NCBI GenBank assembly: GCA_031316235.1
Contig: JALDRA010000001.1
Coordinates: forward strand, 1,710,001-1,742,000
Direction of reading: 5' to 3'
Source of the DNA: Candidatus Scalindua sp.
GTDB taxonomy: Bacteria > Planctomycetota > Brocadiia > Brocadiales > Scalinduaceae
DNA: 32,000 nt
The notes under the pieces are model-generated. The model saw only the letters and a program-made list of their open reading frames with translations, made no database searches and had not been told where the DNA came from. Shown in pieces: positions 7,907 through 17,287 of the stretch. The position numbers were made by a program, and so were the translations under genes. Numbering within the stretch: position 1 is the first letter of the stretch; each line of letters begins with the position of its first letter.

Positions 7907-8608
7907 TTAGGTATTAACCCTCAATACTACTAAAACATCATAAACAGCATGGGTATAAACGACAATACCTAATCCACGCACTGCGAAGATTGTGGCCAGG
8001 ATAATTCCCGCCATAAAACGGAACAAGAAACTATGAGTCGAAAAACAGTCACTTGTTGCTCCTATATAATGCATTGCAGAAAAAACAGCTGCAGATACCG
8101 CAATGCCAAGAAAAGTCCCCAGAAAATGACTCAATCTCCCTGCCTTTATAAAGATAAAACAGAGACCACTCAACAAGAGAAGCCGAAAAAATATCTCTTC
8201 ATATACTCCGGCACCCAGAGAGATGATAATACCACCCGCCAAACCCTTTGTACCAATACCTGTAGAAGCTAACGGTAAAAACCGGTACACCAAAAACAAC
8301 AACCCATAACCAAGAAGAAATGCATAAATGATACTTTCCAGGAACATTGGGATAAAGATGCGGCAATTGAAACGGTTTCTCTTCTCTATGTAAAACAGCG
8401 AACAAAAGGAAAAAAAAACTACCAATGAATTGAATATCAAGGCGGCATCTTTTCCAAAAACCGCTAAAGGGCTTTTTACAAAAACATCTGCAGCATTTTT
8501 TACTTCAGAACCATACAGGATTATTCCTATTTCGTAAAGAACCAGCAGGGGCAGGATAAAAAGAAAACTTTCTTGCAGATTTTTGGAACGGATAAAATAA
8601 TTATTCAT
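7907..8608 (-). CDS. CPBP-family (CAAX/Abi) intramembrane glutamic protease
   Basis: A polytopic membrane protein with an EEIFFRLLL motif (EExxxR) and a FSAMHY histidine motif. The start at ATG 8608 forms an ATGA overlap with the uppP stop. The track ORF start at 8644 would overlap uppP by 40 nt. Confidence 0.75.
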   Translation of the reverse strand: MNNYFIRSKNLQESFLFILPLLVLYEIGIILYGSEVKNAADVFVKSPLAVFGKDAALIFNSLVVFFSFCSLFYIEKRNRFNCRIFIPMFLESIIYAFLLGYGLLFLVYRFLPLASTGIGTKGLAGGIIISLGAGVYEEIFFRLLLLSGLCFIFIKAGRLSHFLGTFLGIAVSAAVFSAMHYIGATSDCFSTHSFLFRFMAGIILATIFAVRGLGIVVYTHAVYDVLVVLRVNT

Positions 8609-9426
8609 AGAAAACAGAAAACAGCAAACAATCCAACTGTCCAACAGTAGTATGAAAACAGATGAAGTTTACCGATTGTAATTATTTTTATGAGAAGTCG
8701 TAAAGAAATATATCCGGATATTGCGGCAGCAGCGCTTCCAATTAAAAGAAAGGAAAGCTCACCTCTACCTAACGCTATTGGATTGTTCACCATTGTTGCC
8801 ATCGCCCCCAGAATTGCAGGAATTGACAGTAAAAAGGAAAATCTGGCTGCTGTTTCTCTGTCAACTCCCATGAAAGTAGCTGCAGCTATTGTTGCACCTG
8901 CCCTTGATATACCGGGAGTTATCGCCAACCCCTGTACAGCACCGACTAGTAACGACCTGATAACACCCAAATCTTTTTTCTCTCTACCAGCTTTACAAGA
9001 CCATTTCGTAAACCAGAGTATTGTACCCGTTATAATCAGCATGAAACCAACTAATACCGGCTTACCAAATAATTGCTCAAATTGATCTTTAAAGAGGATT
9101 GCGATAATGGCAGTTGGTACCGTTCCTATGATTAAGAGAACAAAAAGACGTGTATGAAAATCATTTCGATAGACATCGATAAATTTGTCGCCGCAAAATA
9201 CTTTTTTTGTTGAAACACAGACACTCTTTATCATTAAGGCTATGTCTTTATGAAAAACTCCAAAAACCGCTAAAAGGGTACTGAAATGCAGAGATATTTC
9301 CCAAATAACCCCTTGAGTGCTCAAATCCAAGAAATTTTTTGAGAGGACCAGATGACCTGAACTACTCACTGGCAGGAACTCTGTTAGTCCCTGAACAAGA
9401 CCCAGAATTATAGACTTTAAGAGCAT
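8605..9426 (-). CDS. uppP: Undecaprenyl-diphosphate phosphatase (BacA/UppP)
   Basis: 273-aa ORF. GLVQGLTEFLPVSSSGHLVL at the N-terminus and PGISRAGATI later are both signature UppP motifs. Confidence 0.92.
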   Translation of the reverse strand: MLLKSIILGLVQGLTEFLPVSSSGHLVLSKNFLDLSTQGVIWEISLHFSTLLAVFGVFHKDIALMIKSVCVSTKKVFCGDKFIDVYRNDFHTRLFVLLIIGTVPTAIIAILFKDQFEQLFGKPVLVGFMLIITGTILWFTKWSCKAGREKKDLGVIRSLLVGAVQGLAITPGISRAGATIAAATFMGVDRETAARFSFLLSIPAILGAMATMVNNPIALGRGELSFLLIGSAAAAISGYISLRLLIKIITIGKLHLFSYYCWTVGLFAVFCFL

Positions 9427-9538
9427 AGGCTAGCGTATTGAAGAGAATAGTGCTGCATTGAGGTCAAAGGGAGGTAAGTATACCAATCTCACCATTTAGT
9501 GTCAACAGGATTTGCTCCACACGGATAGTAAAATAATG

Positions 9539-9566
9539 TTGACAAAGACACCATGTGTGTTAGAAT
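9539..9566 (+). promoter_or_regulatory. Sigma-70-like promoter upstream of the bifunctional-nuclease gene
   Basis: TTGACA (9539-9544), a 16-nt spacer, then TAGAAT (9561-9566). A GAGGA SD lies 7 nt before the ATG at 9606. Confidence 0.45.
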
Positions 9567-9605
9567 TTTTTATGAGTCGAAGAATCAGATCCTTGAGGAA
9601 AATGT

Positions 9606-10013
9606 ATGATGGTTCACATGGAATTATCTAGGATAATGATTTCAGAAAACAGTGATCACCAAATAATTGTGTTAAAAGAGAAGGATGGTCAGAGGAGTTT
9701 TCCAATCGTTATAGGACTGCATGAAGCATGGGCAATCGACAGAGCCGTAAAGGGGATACCTACACCACGGCCGCTTACACACGACCTGCTCACAAACGTA
9801 ATAACGCAATTGTGTGGCGGTATCTTAAGGATTGAAGTTAGCGAATTAAAAAATAACACCTTCTACGCTAAAATAATTGTGAACAAAAATGGGAGCAATT
9901 TAGAGATCGACTCAAGACCAAGCGACGCAATAGCCCTGGCTATGCAGAACAGTACCCCTATTTATGTATCCCAAAAAGTTCTTGACGAGGTATGCAAATG
10001 GGAAAGCCTGTAA
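9606..10013 (+). CDS. Bifunctional nuclease (BFN/DUF151) domain protein
   Basis: 135-aa ORF. FPIVIGLHEAWAI ... RPLTHDLL ... IDSRPSDAIALA is the conserved pattern of the DUF151 bifunctional nuclease family. Confidence 0.75.
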   Translation: MMVHMELSRIMISENSDHQIIVLKEKDGQRSFPIVIGLHEAWAIDRAVKGIPTPRPLTHDLLTNVITQLCGGILRIEVSELKNNTFYAKIIVNKNGSNLEIDSRPSDAIALAMQNSTPIYVSQKVLDEVCKWESL

Positions 10014-10152
10014 TTGTCCTCATTTATGGAATCTGTACCCGCAATTTCCGATAAAAAAATGTAGTGTAATAATTCTCTTTGATTTTGCAAAGATGCACAG
10101 TCAACTCTTTTCGCTTGCATGCAGGAACGGATGAGACTTCATAGAATAGTTT

Positions 10153-10244
10153 GGAGGGATGGCCGAGTGGATGAAGGCGGCAGTCTTGAAAACTGCAGTC
10201 CTGAGGAATCGGGACCGTGGGTTCGAATCCTACTCCCTCCGCCA
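10153..10244 (+). tRNA. tRNA-Ser (anticodon TGA), CCA encoded
   Basis: 92 nt. It has a GGAGGGA/TCCCTCC acceptor stem, an anticodon arm GCAGT-CTTGAAA-ACTGC, a long variable arm, a GGTTCGAATCC T-loop and a 3' GCCA. A TAGAAT -10-like box ends 5 nt upstream. Confidence 0.9.
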
Positions 10245-10327
10245 GAAATTACTGACAACTGCTGGACAATCAGCGCGAGCAGCTGCTGACTCAGCTTTTA
10301 TTGTCATCATAGTTAAGAAATATTCTC

Positions 10328-10420
10328 GGAGAGGTGGCTGAGCGGCTGAAAGCGGTGGGTTGCTAACCCATTGTCCTGCCGTTGGTGGGACCCCGGGTTC
10401 GAATCCCGGCCTCTCCGCCA
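10328..10420 (+). tRNA. tRNA-Ser (anticodon GCT), CCA encoded
   Basis: 93 nt. It has a GGAGAGG/CCTCTCC acceptor stem, an anticodon loop TTGCTAA, a long variable arm, a GGTTCGAATCC T-loop and a 3' GCCA. Confidence 0.9.
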
Positions 10421-10424
10421 GCTG

Positions 10425-10465
10425 AGGATGGGATGTTCAGGAAACACATCCTGTAATCATTTTTA
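10425..10465 (+). terminator. Terminator-like hairpin downstream of the tRNA-Ser pair
   Basis: Either AGGATG (10425-10430) pairs with CATCCT (10447-10452), or GGATGT (10431-10436) pairs with ACATCC (10446-10451). The hairpin is followed by tgtaatcaTTTTTacTGTTTT. The T-run is displaced from the stem, so the call is only moderate. Confidence 0.35.
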
Positions 10466-11078
10466 CTGTTTTATGGTCAAAAACAGCAACAAGAGAGACC
10501 CCCTTCAAATAAATCAATGTTTCTCCTAATTTTAACCCACAGATTCTGACAGAGCTCCTTATTATGTATCACCACATAAGACCTCAATGAATCTATTCTA
10601 CACGCTGCTTAACGCCATATGTTGCACCTCTGCCTGACCGATCTCCGGGCCCAGGCGGGAACGCTAACGCACACAAAACATGCTTTTACCTTCCTGTCCA
10701 TCAAATTAAATAAACTGATTATCTGCTTCACTGATTCTCCAGGGTACTATTGTACCGGGAATTGGTGTGAAGCAAAGGGCTACCTGAAATGACAAACGGT
10801 ATCGGCTTACCCTCTTCCGTTTGATAAGGCTATGTGATAGAATAGAGCCCTGCTTGAAGTAAGCAGATAAGCAGCTGCCACATTCTGAAATTGTGCCCAT
10901 AGAGCAAAGGGTGTAATACCAGGCGTTTCTTGAATCCTGGATTGAGCGATTTGAGATAAAAAAGGTAGCTTTTAATAACCTGATTTCCAAAACCGTACTC
11001 CTGATCTGGCTATGGTAGGGCTGTAAAATTATCCCCTTCCGCAAGGGAGATGAATGCTGACAGAAAATGGAGCTTCAC

Positions 11079-12692
11079 ATGATTATGAATATACCAGAAA
11101 GAATTGAAAACCTGCAACTCGATGTACCGGAATTTTTCAATTATGCAGAAGACGTTCTGGACAGGTGGGCAGAAGACCCCAGCAAACTTGCCCTCTGGTG
11201 GATTGATGATACAGGCAGAGAAATCAAAAAAACTTTCGCCCAGTTGTGTAATGAATCCCGCAAGGTCTGCAATATGCTCAGATCGCAGGGATTACAAAGA
11301 GGTGATACCGTTATCGTAATCCTTCCCCGATTGATAGAGTGGTGGGTAATCAATATTGCCTGCCTGCGGATGGGTGCCGTGATCTGTCCGGGAACACCTC
11401 TTCTGACATCAAAAGACATTTTGTATAGAATTCAGAAATCAAATGCAGCCTGTCTTATTGCGGATAATGTTGCCGCATCAAAGGTCAAGAGTACAATTAA
11501 TGATTACCCCAATCTGAAGTGTCAGTTTGTTGTCGGAAACCCAGACGATGGATGGCTGGATTATAATAGAATGAGAGAAGGTTTTTCAGACAGATATGAA
11601 ACCGAACATACCAAAGCCTCCGAAAACGCAATTCTTTTTTTCACTTCAGGGACTACAGGTCATCCTAAACTGGTGGTCCATACCCACTCTTCATACGCCA
11701 TAGGGCATCGGATTACCGGTGCGGTCTGGTTAGGATTGAAAGGTAACGACTTGCACTGGAACATGAGCGATACCGGATGGGCCAAGGCTGCATGGAGTTC
11801 ATTTTATGCTCCCTGGAATATGGGAAGCGCAGTGTTTGTCCATCACACTTCCTACTTTAATTGTGGAAAAACGCTAGATATACTTGCCAGATACCCGATA
11901 ACGACACTATGTGCAGCACCAACTGTATACAGAATGCTGGTAATGCGGGATTTAAAAAAATATACATTCCATTCTTTGAGAGACTGCGTGGCCGCAGGAG
12001 AACCACTCAATCCCGATACCATAGAAAGCTGGCATAAAGCGACAGGCATTATTATCAGAGACGGATATGGCCAGACTGAAACTGTTCTGCTTGCAGGAAT
12101 TTTCCCCCATATCAGTCCACGATACGGATCAATGGGAAAAACAGCACCCGGATTTGATATTCAAATCATTGATGAAAACGGCACCATATTACCTGCTGAC
12201 AAAGAAGGTGATATTGCCATAAGGGTAAAACCTCAACGGCCTGTTGGCCTTTTCAAAGAATATTGGAATGATCCTGATTTTACCGCAGGCGTTTATCGGG
12301 GTGATTGGTATGTAACAGGAGACCGTGCATACAAGGATAAAGATGATTATTTCTGGTTTGTTGGACGCGCTGATGATGTAATATTATCTGCAGGATACAG
12401 GATAGGACCTTTTGAAGTAGAAAGTGCCTTGTTAGAACACAACACGGTTGCAGAATCTGCCGTTGTGGCCAGCCCTGATAAGTTACGCGGAGAATCAATC
12501 AAGGCGTTTATCGTTTTGAAAGCAGGTATTGAACCTGACGAACGCCTGGTTAAGGAACTGAAGGATCATGTTAAAAAGGTAACCGCTTATTACAAATGTC
12601 CTAAAAAAATTGAATTTGTAAAAAGCCTTCCAAAGACAGCCAGCGGTAAAATCAGAAGAGTTCTATTACGGGAAAATGAATATGCAGAATAA
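11079..12692 (+). CDS. AMP-forming acyl-CoA synthetase (medium-chain / ACSM-like, adenylate-forming superfamily)
   Basis: FFTSGTTGHPKLVVHTH (AMP-binding motif), YGQTE, TGDRAYKDKDDYFWFVGRADDVI and the C-terminal PKTASGKIRR are all present. The ORF opens at ATG 11067. A GGAG at 11069-11072 lies 6 nt before ATG 11079, which I prefer as the start. Confidence 0.85.
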   Translation: MIMNIPERIENLQLDVPEFFNYAEDVLDRWAEDPSKLALWWIDDTGREIKKTFAQLCNESRKVCNMLRSQGLQRGDTVIVILPRLIEWWVINIACLRMGAVICPGTPLLTSKDILYRIQKSNAACLIADNVAASKVKSTINDYPNLKCQFVVGNPDDGWLDYNRMREGFSDRYETEHTKASENAILFFTSGTTGHPKLVVHTHSSYAIGHRITGAVWLGLKGNDLHWNMSDTGWAKAAWSSFYAPWNMGSAVFVHHTSYFNCGKTLDILARYPITTLCAAPTVYRMLVMRDLKKYTFHSLRDCVAAGEPLNPDTIESWHKATGIIIRDGYGQTETVLLAGIFPHISPRYGSMGKTAPGFDIQIIDENGTILPADKEGDIAIRVKPQRPVGLFKEYWNDPDFTAGVYRGDWYVTGDRAYKDKDDYFWFVGRADDVILSAGYRIGPFEVESALLEHNTVAESAVVASPDKLRGESIKAFIVLKAGIEPDERLVKELKDHVKKVTAYYKCPKKIEFVKSLPKTASGKIRRVLLRENEYAE

Positions 12693-12708
12693 GACTTCCA
12701 GTCCCTTA

Positions 12709-14637
12709 TCAGCTTTTTGATTTATTGATAATGAAATTCAGTAAGCCACCATAGATAATCTTGGTTCTCTCTTTTTCACTTAAGCTAATTCTCGTTTTTA
12801 TAGTTTTGCCATTGAATTCAGCAGTCACATGATTTCCACTTACTATCTCTTCTTTGACTTCTGGAAATCTCATGATATCTCCCTCCTTTATAGAAATATA
12901 ATCTTCAGGGTTTTCAAAGACCAGGGGTATAATTCCAAAGTTGATAAGATTAGAGTAATGGATCCTTGCAAAGCTCTTGGCGATTTTCACCCTGACACCC
13001 AGATACCTTGGTGCAATCGCAGCGTGCTCACGAGAAGAACCCTGCCCATAGTTCTCTCCTCCAATTATGACAACATTTCCAGCCTTCTTGGCCTTTTCTG
13101 AAAATTCGGGATCGACCTGATTATATACAAATCTGCTTATTTCAGGAATATTACTTCGTAACGGGAGTATGAAATTACCAGCCGGCATTATATGGTCCGT
13201 GGTAATATTATCACCGACCTTGAGGAGTACCTTGCATTCCAGAGATTCAGGCAATTCTTCAAAATCTGGAAAAGGTACAATGTTTGGTCCACGTATGATC
13301 TCTACTCGTGACGTATCTGATACCGGTGGTATTATCATTGAATCATTGATAACATACTTTTTCGGATTTGATACTCTTGGATAAGTTCCCAGATCCCTGG
13401 GATCTCTGATTTCTCCGAATATACCGGCGGCAGCTGCTGTTTCCGGACTGCAGAGATATACCCTGTCATCTTTTGTACCGCTGCGACCAGGAAAATTTCT
13501 GGGAAATGTTCTCAGGGAAATCGTACCAGAAGCGGGAGCCTGCCCTATTCCAATGCAGCCCAGACAACCAGACTGTTGAATCTTTACTCCGGCATTTAAC
13601 AATGAAATAATACCCCCTTTGGCTGCTACATTTTCCAGCACCTGCCTGCTGCCAGGATTAATTTCAAAAGAAACGCGATCATGTATCTTTTTGTTTGCCA
13701 GAATCTTACAAACAATCATTAAATCACGGAAAGATGAATTGACAGAAGAACCCACAATACATTGATGAACCGTTTTGCCTGCAACTTCTTTAACCTTTTT
13801 TACATTATCCGGAGAGGTAGGACAGGCGATAAGCGGTTCGAGTTCGGATAAATTTATTTCGTCCAGTTTATCATATTTTGCCATCTGGTCAGCCTTAAGC
13901 TCAAGCCATAGCGCCCCTCGATCCTGAGATTGTAAATATCTTTTTGTCTGGTTGTCAGATGGAAAGACTGACGTTGTAGCCCCCAATTCTGCACCCATAT
14001 TTGCTATTGTAGCTCGGTCTGTTGCACTTAAGGTCCTTACACCCTCCCCAAAGTATTCGATAATATACCCGACGCCACCTTTTACAGAATGACGTCGTAA
14101 CATCTCTAAAATAATGTCTTTCCCGCTAACCCAATCTTGCAATTTACCCGTCAGTTTAACTCCAAATGTTTTCGGATATTTCAGGTAATATGGTTCCCCA
14201 GCCATAGCCGTAGCGATATCTAATCCTCCTGCACCAATAGCCAACATACTCAGTGCACCTCCTGTACAGGTATGGCTATCAGAGCCCAGTAATGTTTTTC
14301 CTGGAATTCCAAAGCGCTCGAAATGAACCTGATGTGAAATACCATTTCCCGGTTTAGAAAAAAATACGCCATACTTTGCTGCAAGCGTTTGCAGGAAGAG
14401 ATGATCATCCATATTTCTAAAATCTGTCTGTAGTAGATTATGATCCACATAACTTACCGACAATTCGGTCTTTACCCTGCTGATTCCCATCTTCTCAAAC
14501 TCTAAATACACCAAAGTTCCTGTTGCATCCTGTGTAAGTGTATGGTCAATCCTTATACCTATTTCTTCACCGGGCACAGGTTTCCCTTGTACGATGTGCA
14601 GTTCTAATATTTTTTGAGACAATGTTTTTGCGGACAT
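12709..14637 (-). CDS. Aconitate hydratase, ~640-aa 'Aquifex-type' (fused large and small aconitase-family domains)
   Basis: 642-aa ORF. It has IDHTLTQDATG, GSDSHT and an SGCLGCIG (Fe-S ligand region), and a C-terminal swivel domain with GGENYGQGSSREHAA. Confidence 0.8.
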   Translation of the reverse strand: MSAKTLSQKILELHIVQGKPVPGEEIGIRIDHTLTQDATGTLVYLEFEKMGISRVKTELSVSYVDHNLLQTDFRNMDDHLFLQTLAAKYGVFFSKPGNGISHQVHFERFGIPGKTLLGSDSHTCTGGALSMLAIGAGGLDIATAMAGEPYYLKYPKTFGVKLTGKLQDWVSGKDIILEMLRRHSVKGGVGYIIEYFGEGVRTLSATDRATIANMGAELGATTSVFPSDNQTKRYLQSQDRGALWLELKADQMAKYDKLDEINLSELEPLIACPTSPDNVKKVKEVAGKTVHQCIVGSSVNSSFRDLMIVCKILANKKIHDRVSFEINPGSRQVLENVAAKGGIISLLNAGVKIQQSGCLGCIGIGQAPASGTISLRTFPRNFPGRSGTKDDRVYLCSPETAAAAGIFGEIRDPRDLGTYPRVSNPKKYVINDSMIIPPVSDTSRVEIIRGPNIVPFPDFEELPESLECKVLLKVGDNITTDHIMPAGNFILPLRSNIPEISRFVYNQVDPEFSEKAKKAGNVVIIGGENYGQGSSREHAAIAPRYLGVRVKIAKSFARIHYSNLINFGIIPLVFENPEDYISIKEGDIMRFPEVKEEIVSGNHVTAEFNGKTIKTRISLSEKERTKIIYGGLLNFIINKSKS

Positions 14638-14782
14638 AAATGAACCTGTATAATTTCAGAACGATTAGATTTGCTGGTTTTTCCCAGGCAATGCAGATGA
14701 TATGAGTTGATATAAGAGCGCTTCCTGATAATAAACACATGCAGTCTGTCGCTGTGAACGTAACACTTCATAATGGAAGGTC

Positions 14783-15358
14783 CTATTTTTCCGCACAGTA
14801 AACAAAAGCTGGTGGAAAGTTCAACCATACCGTTTTTGTTTTTGTAATATTCTTGAATCTTGCAGACAGTATTTTCTTAAACCTGATGCCAGCCGGAAGG
14901 AGTAAACCCTGAAGGTACGCAAATGTTAAAAATCTCCCTCCAGGCTTGAGAATATCGACTATAACGTCAAGCAGCTCCTCTTGCAGACTCTCGCTGAAAG
15001 ATGCCCAGGGTAATCCACATATGATACGGTCACACTCTTTGATATCAAGGTTGTAAAGATACTTTTTCACATTCGTTGCGGAATCTTGGTAAATGGTTAC
15101 ATTCGGGCATCTGTTTATTGTCGCTTTAACAAAATCAGGGTTGATTTCCAAGGCAAAAAACCTGGCCTCCTTAGATATCTTTTGAAGGATCTTCTCGGTA
15201 AAAATACCGGTACCCGAACCAAATTCGATTACGGTTGATGCGTTGGACAAACCAGCAGCATCCGTAATTAAATCAGCAAGGCTTTTGGAACTCGGAGCTA
15301 TTGCCCCTGTCTTTGTTGGATGAAAAACAAACTGCTTTATAAAGTGGATTACATGCAT
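14783..15358 (-). CDS. Class I SAM-dependent methyltransferase, COG3963 / phospholipid N-methyltransferase (PmtA)-like
   Basis: 191-aa ORF. It has an N-terminal FHPTKTGAIAPSSKSLADLI, SAM motif I VIEFGSGTGIFT, and CGLPWASF. This pattern is shared by the PmtA/rRNA-adenine-methylase-like family. The substrate cannot be told from sequence. Confidence 0.6.
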   Translation of the reverse strand: MHVIHFIKQFVFHPTKTGAIAPSSKSLADLITDAAGLSNASTVIEFGSGTGIFTEKILQKISKEARFFALEINPDFVKATINRCPNVTIYQDSATNVKKYLYNLDIKECDRIICGLPWASFSESLQEELLDVIVDILKPGGRFLTFAYLQGLLLPAGIRFKKILSARFKNITKTKTVWLNFPPAFVYCAEK

Positions 15359-15540
15359 TCCGAAAATATGGTTAGTGGAGGATTATAAGAAATCACCCGC
15401 AGCGGAATCCTTGAACTTACTTACCTTTTAAATGGAATTCCCTATACTGCCCAAATTTCACAAATATTCCTCTGGCATGGGTATTTCTATATTTCTGCAA
15501 CTTCCGTGGCAGAAAGGTGTCTTGTGCCAATACAAAACAG

Positions 15541-15570
15541 GGCTAACATCTTCCGTGAAAGACGTTAGCC
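15541..15570 (-). terminator. Intrinsic-terminator-like hairpin after tRNA-Glu
   Basis: GGCTAAC (15541-15547) pairs with GTTAGCC (15564-15570), with inner TCTT/AAGA pairing. On the minus strand the hairpin lies 10 nt after the tRNA-Glu 3' end and is followed by CCTGTTTTGTATT. Confidence 0.45.
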
Positions 15571-15580
15571 CTGCAATACT

Positions 15581-15655
<75 letters not shown>

Positions 15656-15673
15656 TCAAGGTGTGTATATGAA

Positions 15674-15746
15674 TGAGGGCAGAAGGACTCGAACCTTCGA
15701 CAATCGCCTTAAAAGGGCGGTGCTCTACCAACTGAGCTATGCCCCC
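15674..15746 (-). tRNA. tRNA-Lys (anticodon TTT), no encoded CCA
   Basis: The reverse complement is GGGGGCATAGCTCAGTTGGTAGAGCACCGCCCTTTTAAGGCGATTGTCGAAGGTTCGAGTCCTTCTGCCCTCA. The anticodon loop is CTTTTAA and the T-loop is GGTTCGAGTCC. Confidence 0.9.
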
Positions 15747-15909
15747 ACTATACTTCTGCAATGCCTTAAAAGCATAGCTTTTCAGTGCTCCCTACCTGAC
15801 CGGTTACAGGAACAAAAGTTTCTGGCTTCTCCTGTTTCCGTTTAAACAGGATACTCTGCCTTTCCAGGTATGTCAGTTTGAAAAAGAGAGAAAACATAAC
15901 GTTGGCGGG

Positions 15910-16470
15910 TTACACCTTCATCAGTTCGGCAGTTTTCATTTCCAGCAAGTCATTGAGCGTGGCTTCACTGTCACGAACAAATTCCTGAATCTTCTCCTTT
16001 GCCTTTTTCGATTCATCCTCGGTAATCATTGATTCTTTTTCTTCCTTATCAACGTGTTTGTTCGCATCCCTCCTGATATTCCTTACTGCAATCTTTGTCT
16101 CCTCAATCAACTCTTTGACCTGTACGACGATCTTTTTTCGGCGATCCTCACTCAAAGGGGGAAGGGGAATTCGAATGGTTTTCCCATCAGAATGTGTTGT
16201 CAAACCAAGATCAGCCTGCAGAATAGCCTTCTCTATATCTTTTATTATTGATGGGTCATAAGGATTTATAACAACCAGTTGTGCTTCAGGGGCTGTAATA
16301 TTAGCTATCTGTTTTAATGGGGTTTGAGAGCCATAATAGTCAACTCTAACGCTCTCAACAATCCCGGGAGTAGCACGTCCGGTCCTTATGCTCTTCAGCT
16401 CTTCCCTGACCATCTCAAGGGTTTTCTCTATTTTCTTTTTGGTCTGTTCCTGTATCTCTCTGGCACTCAT
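15910..16470 (-). CDS. frr: Ribosome recycling factor
   Basis: 186-aa ORF. The pattern is typical of Frr (...LKSIRTGRATPGIVESVRVDYYG ... IRIPLPPLSEDRRK ... IRRDANK...). It overlaps the pyrH stop by 4 nt. Confidence 0.95.
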   Translation of the reverse strand: MSAREIQEQTKKKIEKTLEMVREELKSIRTGRATPGIVESVRVDYYGSQTPLKQIANITAPEAQLVVINPYDPSIIKDIEKAILQADLGLTTHSDGKTIRIPLPPLSEDRRKKIVVQVKELIEETKIAVRNIRRDANKHVDKEEKESMITEDESKKAKEKIQEFVRDSEATLNDLLEMKTAELMKV

Positions 16471-17195
16471 GAATTATTCCCTATATAGGTCCCAATACGT
16501 GTCCCTTCAATGGCTCTTACAATATTATTTTTTTTTCTGAAATTGAATACAATTATAGGCAGATTATTCTCCATACTTAGCGATATCGCGGTAAAATCCA
16601 TAACAGCAAGTTTTTTTTCTAAAATATCCATATAATTCAATTCTGAATATTTTTTAGCCGAGGCATTGGTATTCGGATCATCAGTGTACACACCGTCAAC
16701 TTTTGTCGCCTTCAGAAACACATCAGCTCCAATTTCAACTGCTCGTAATGCAGCTGCCGTATCTGTTGTAAAATATGGATTTCCGGTTCCACCGGCAAGA
16801 AGAACAACGTTACCTGATTTAAGATAACGATCGCACTTATGCATATTGTATGTCTCTACTATATTGTGGATATGTACCGCACTTAATACAACCGAAGGGA
16901 CCTTGATCTTTTCAAGGTGGTTTTTAAGAATAACTGCGTTCATTACTGTCGCAATCATTCCAAGCTGATCTGCACTCGTGCGATCAAATCCCGTCTCACT
17001 TAACTTCGCTCCCCTCAGAATATTACCACCACCGAGTACTATAGCTATCTCCGCCTGTGTGCTTTTTGCCTTCTTTATTTCTCCAGCAACAGAAGCAAAT
17101 TTTTCAGCCTCAATACCTGATTTCTCCTCCGAACAAAAACCCTCACCACTTATCTTTAAAAGGATACGTTTGTAATTTTTCGTAATTTTCGGCAT
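16467..17195 (-). CDS. pyrH: UMP kinase
   Basis: 242-aa ORF. YKRILLKISGE ... VLGGGNILRG ... TKVDGVYTDDP are the canonical PyrH motifs. Confidence 0.95.
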   Translation of the reverse strand: MPKITKNYKRILLKISGEGFCSEEKSGIEAEKFASVAGEIKKAKSTQAEIAIVLGGGNILRGAKLSETGFDRTSADQLGMIATVMNAVILKNHLEKIKVPSVVLSAVHIHNIVETYNMHKCDRYLKSGNVVLLAGGTGNPYFTTDTAAALRAVEIGADVFLKATKVDGVYTDDPNTNASAKKYSELNYMDILEKKLAVMDFTAISLSMENNLPIIVFNFRKKNNIVRAIEGTRIGTYIGNNS

Positions 17196-17287
17196 TGATT
17201 ATTGGTAATGACATGCAACCCACACCAGACAGATTGATCGTCTACAGGTTCTGTAAAAAAAACACCTCCTGCTGTATAGCATAACTA

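Noticed and set aside
10706-11044. 112-aa minus-strand ORF in the large gap after tRNA-Ser
   Set aside because: It has no SD and starts inside a hairpin region. The composition (many Ser/Ile/Cys/Arg, no secondary-structure periodicity) is unlike a real protein, and I recognise no family. It is treated as non-coding; see the finding on 10421-11066.
15831-15850. Perfect 7-bp hairpin CCTGTTT-ccgttt-AAACAGG between frr and tRNA-Lys
   Set aside because: No T-tract follows it on either strand, so I do not call it an intrinsic terminator. It could be a processing or attenuation element, but there is no further support.
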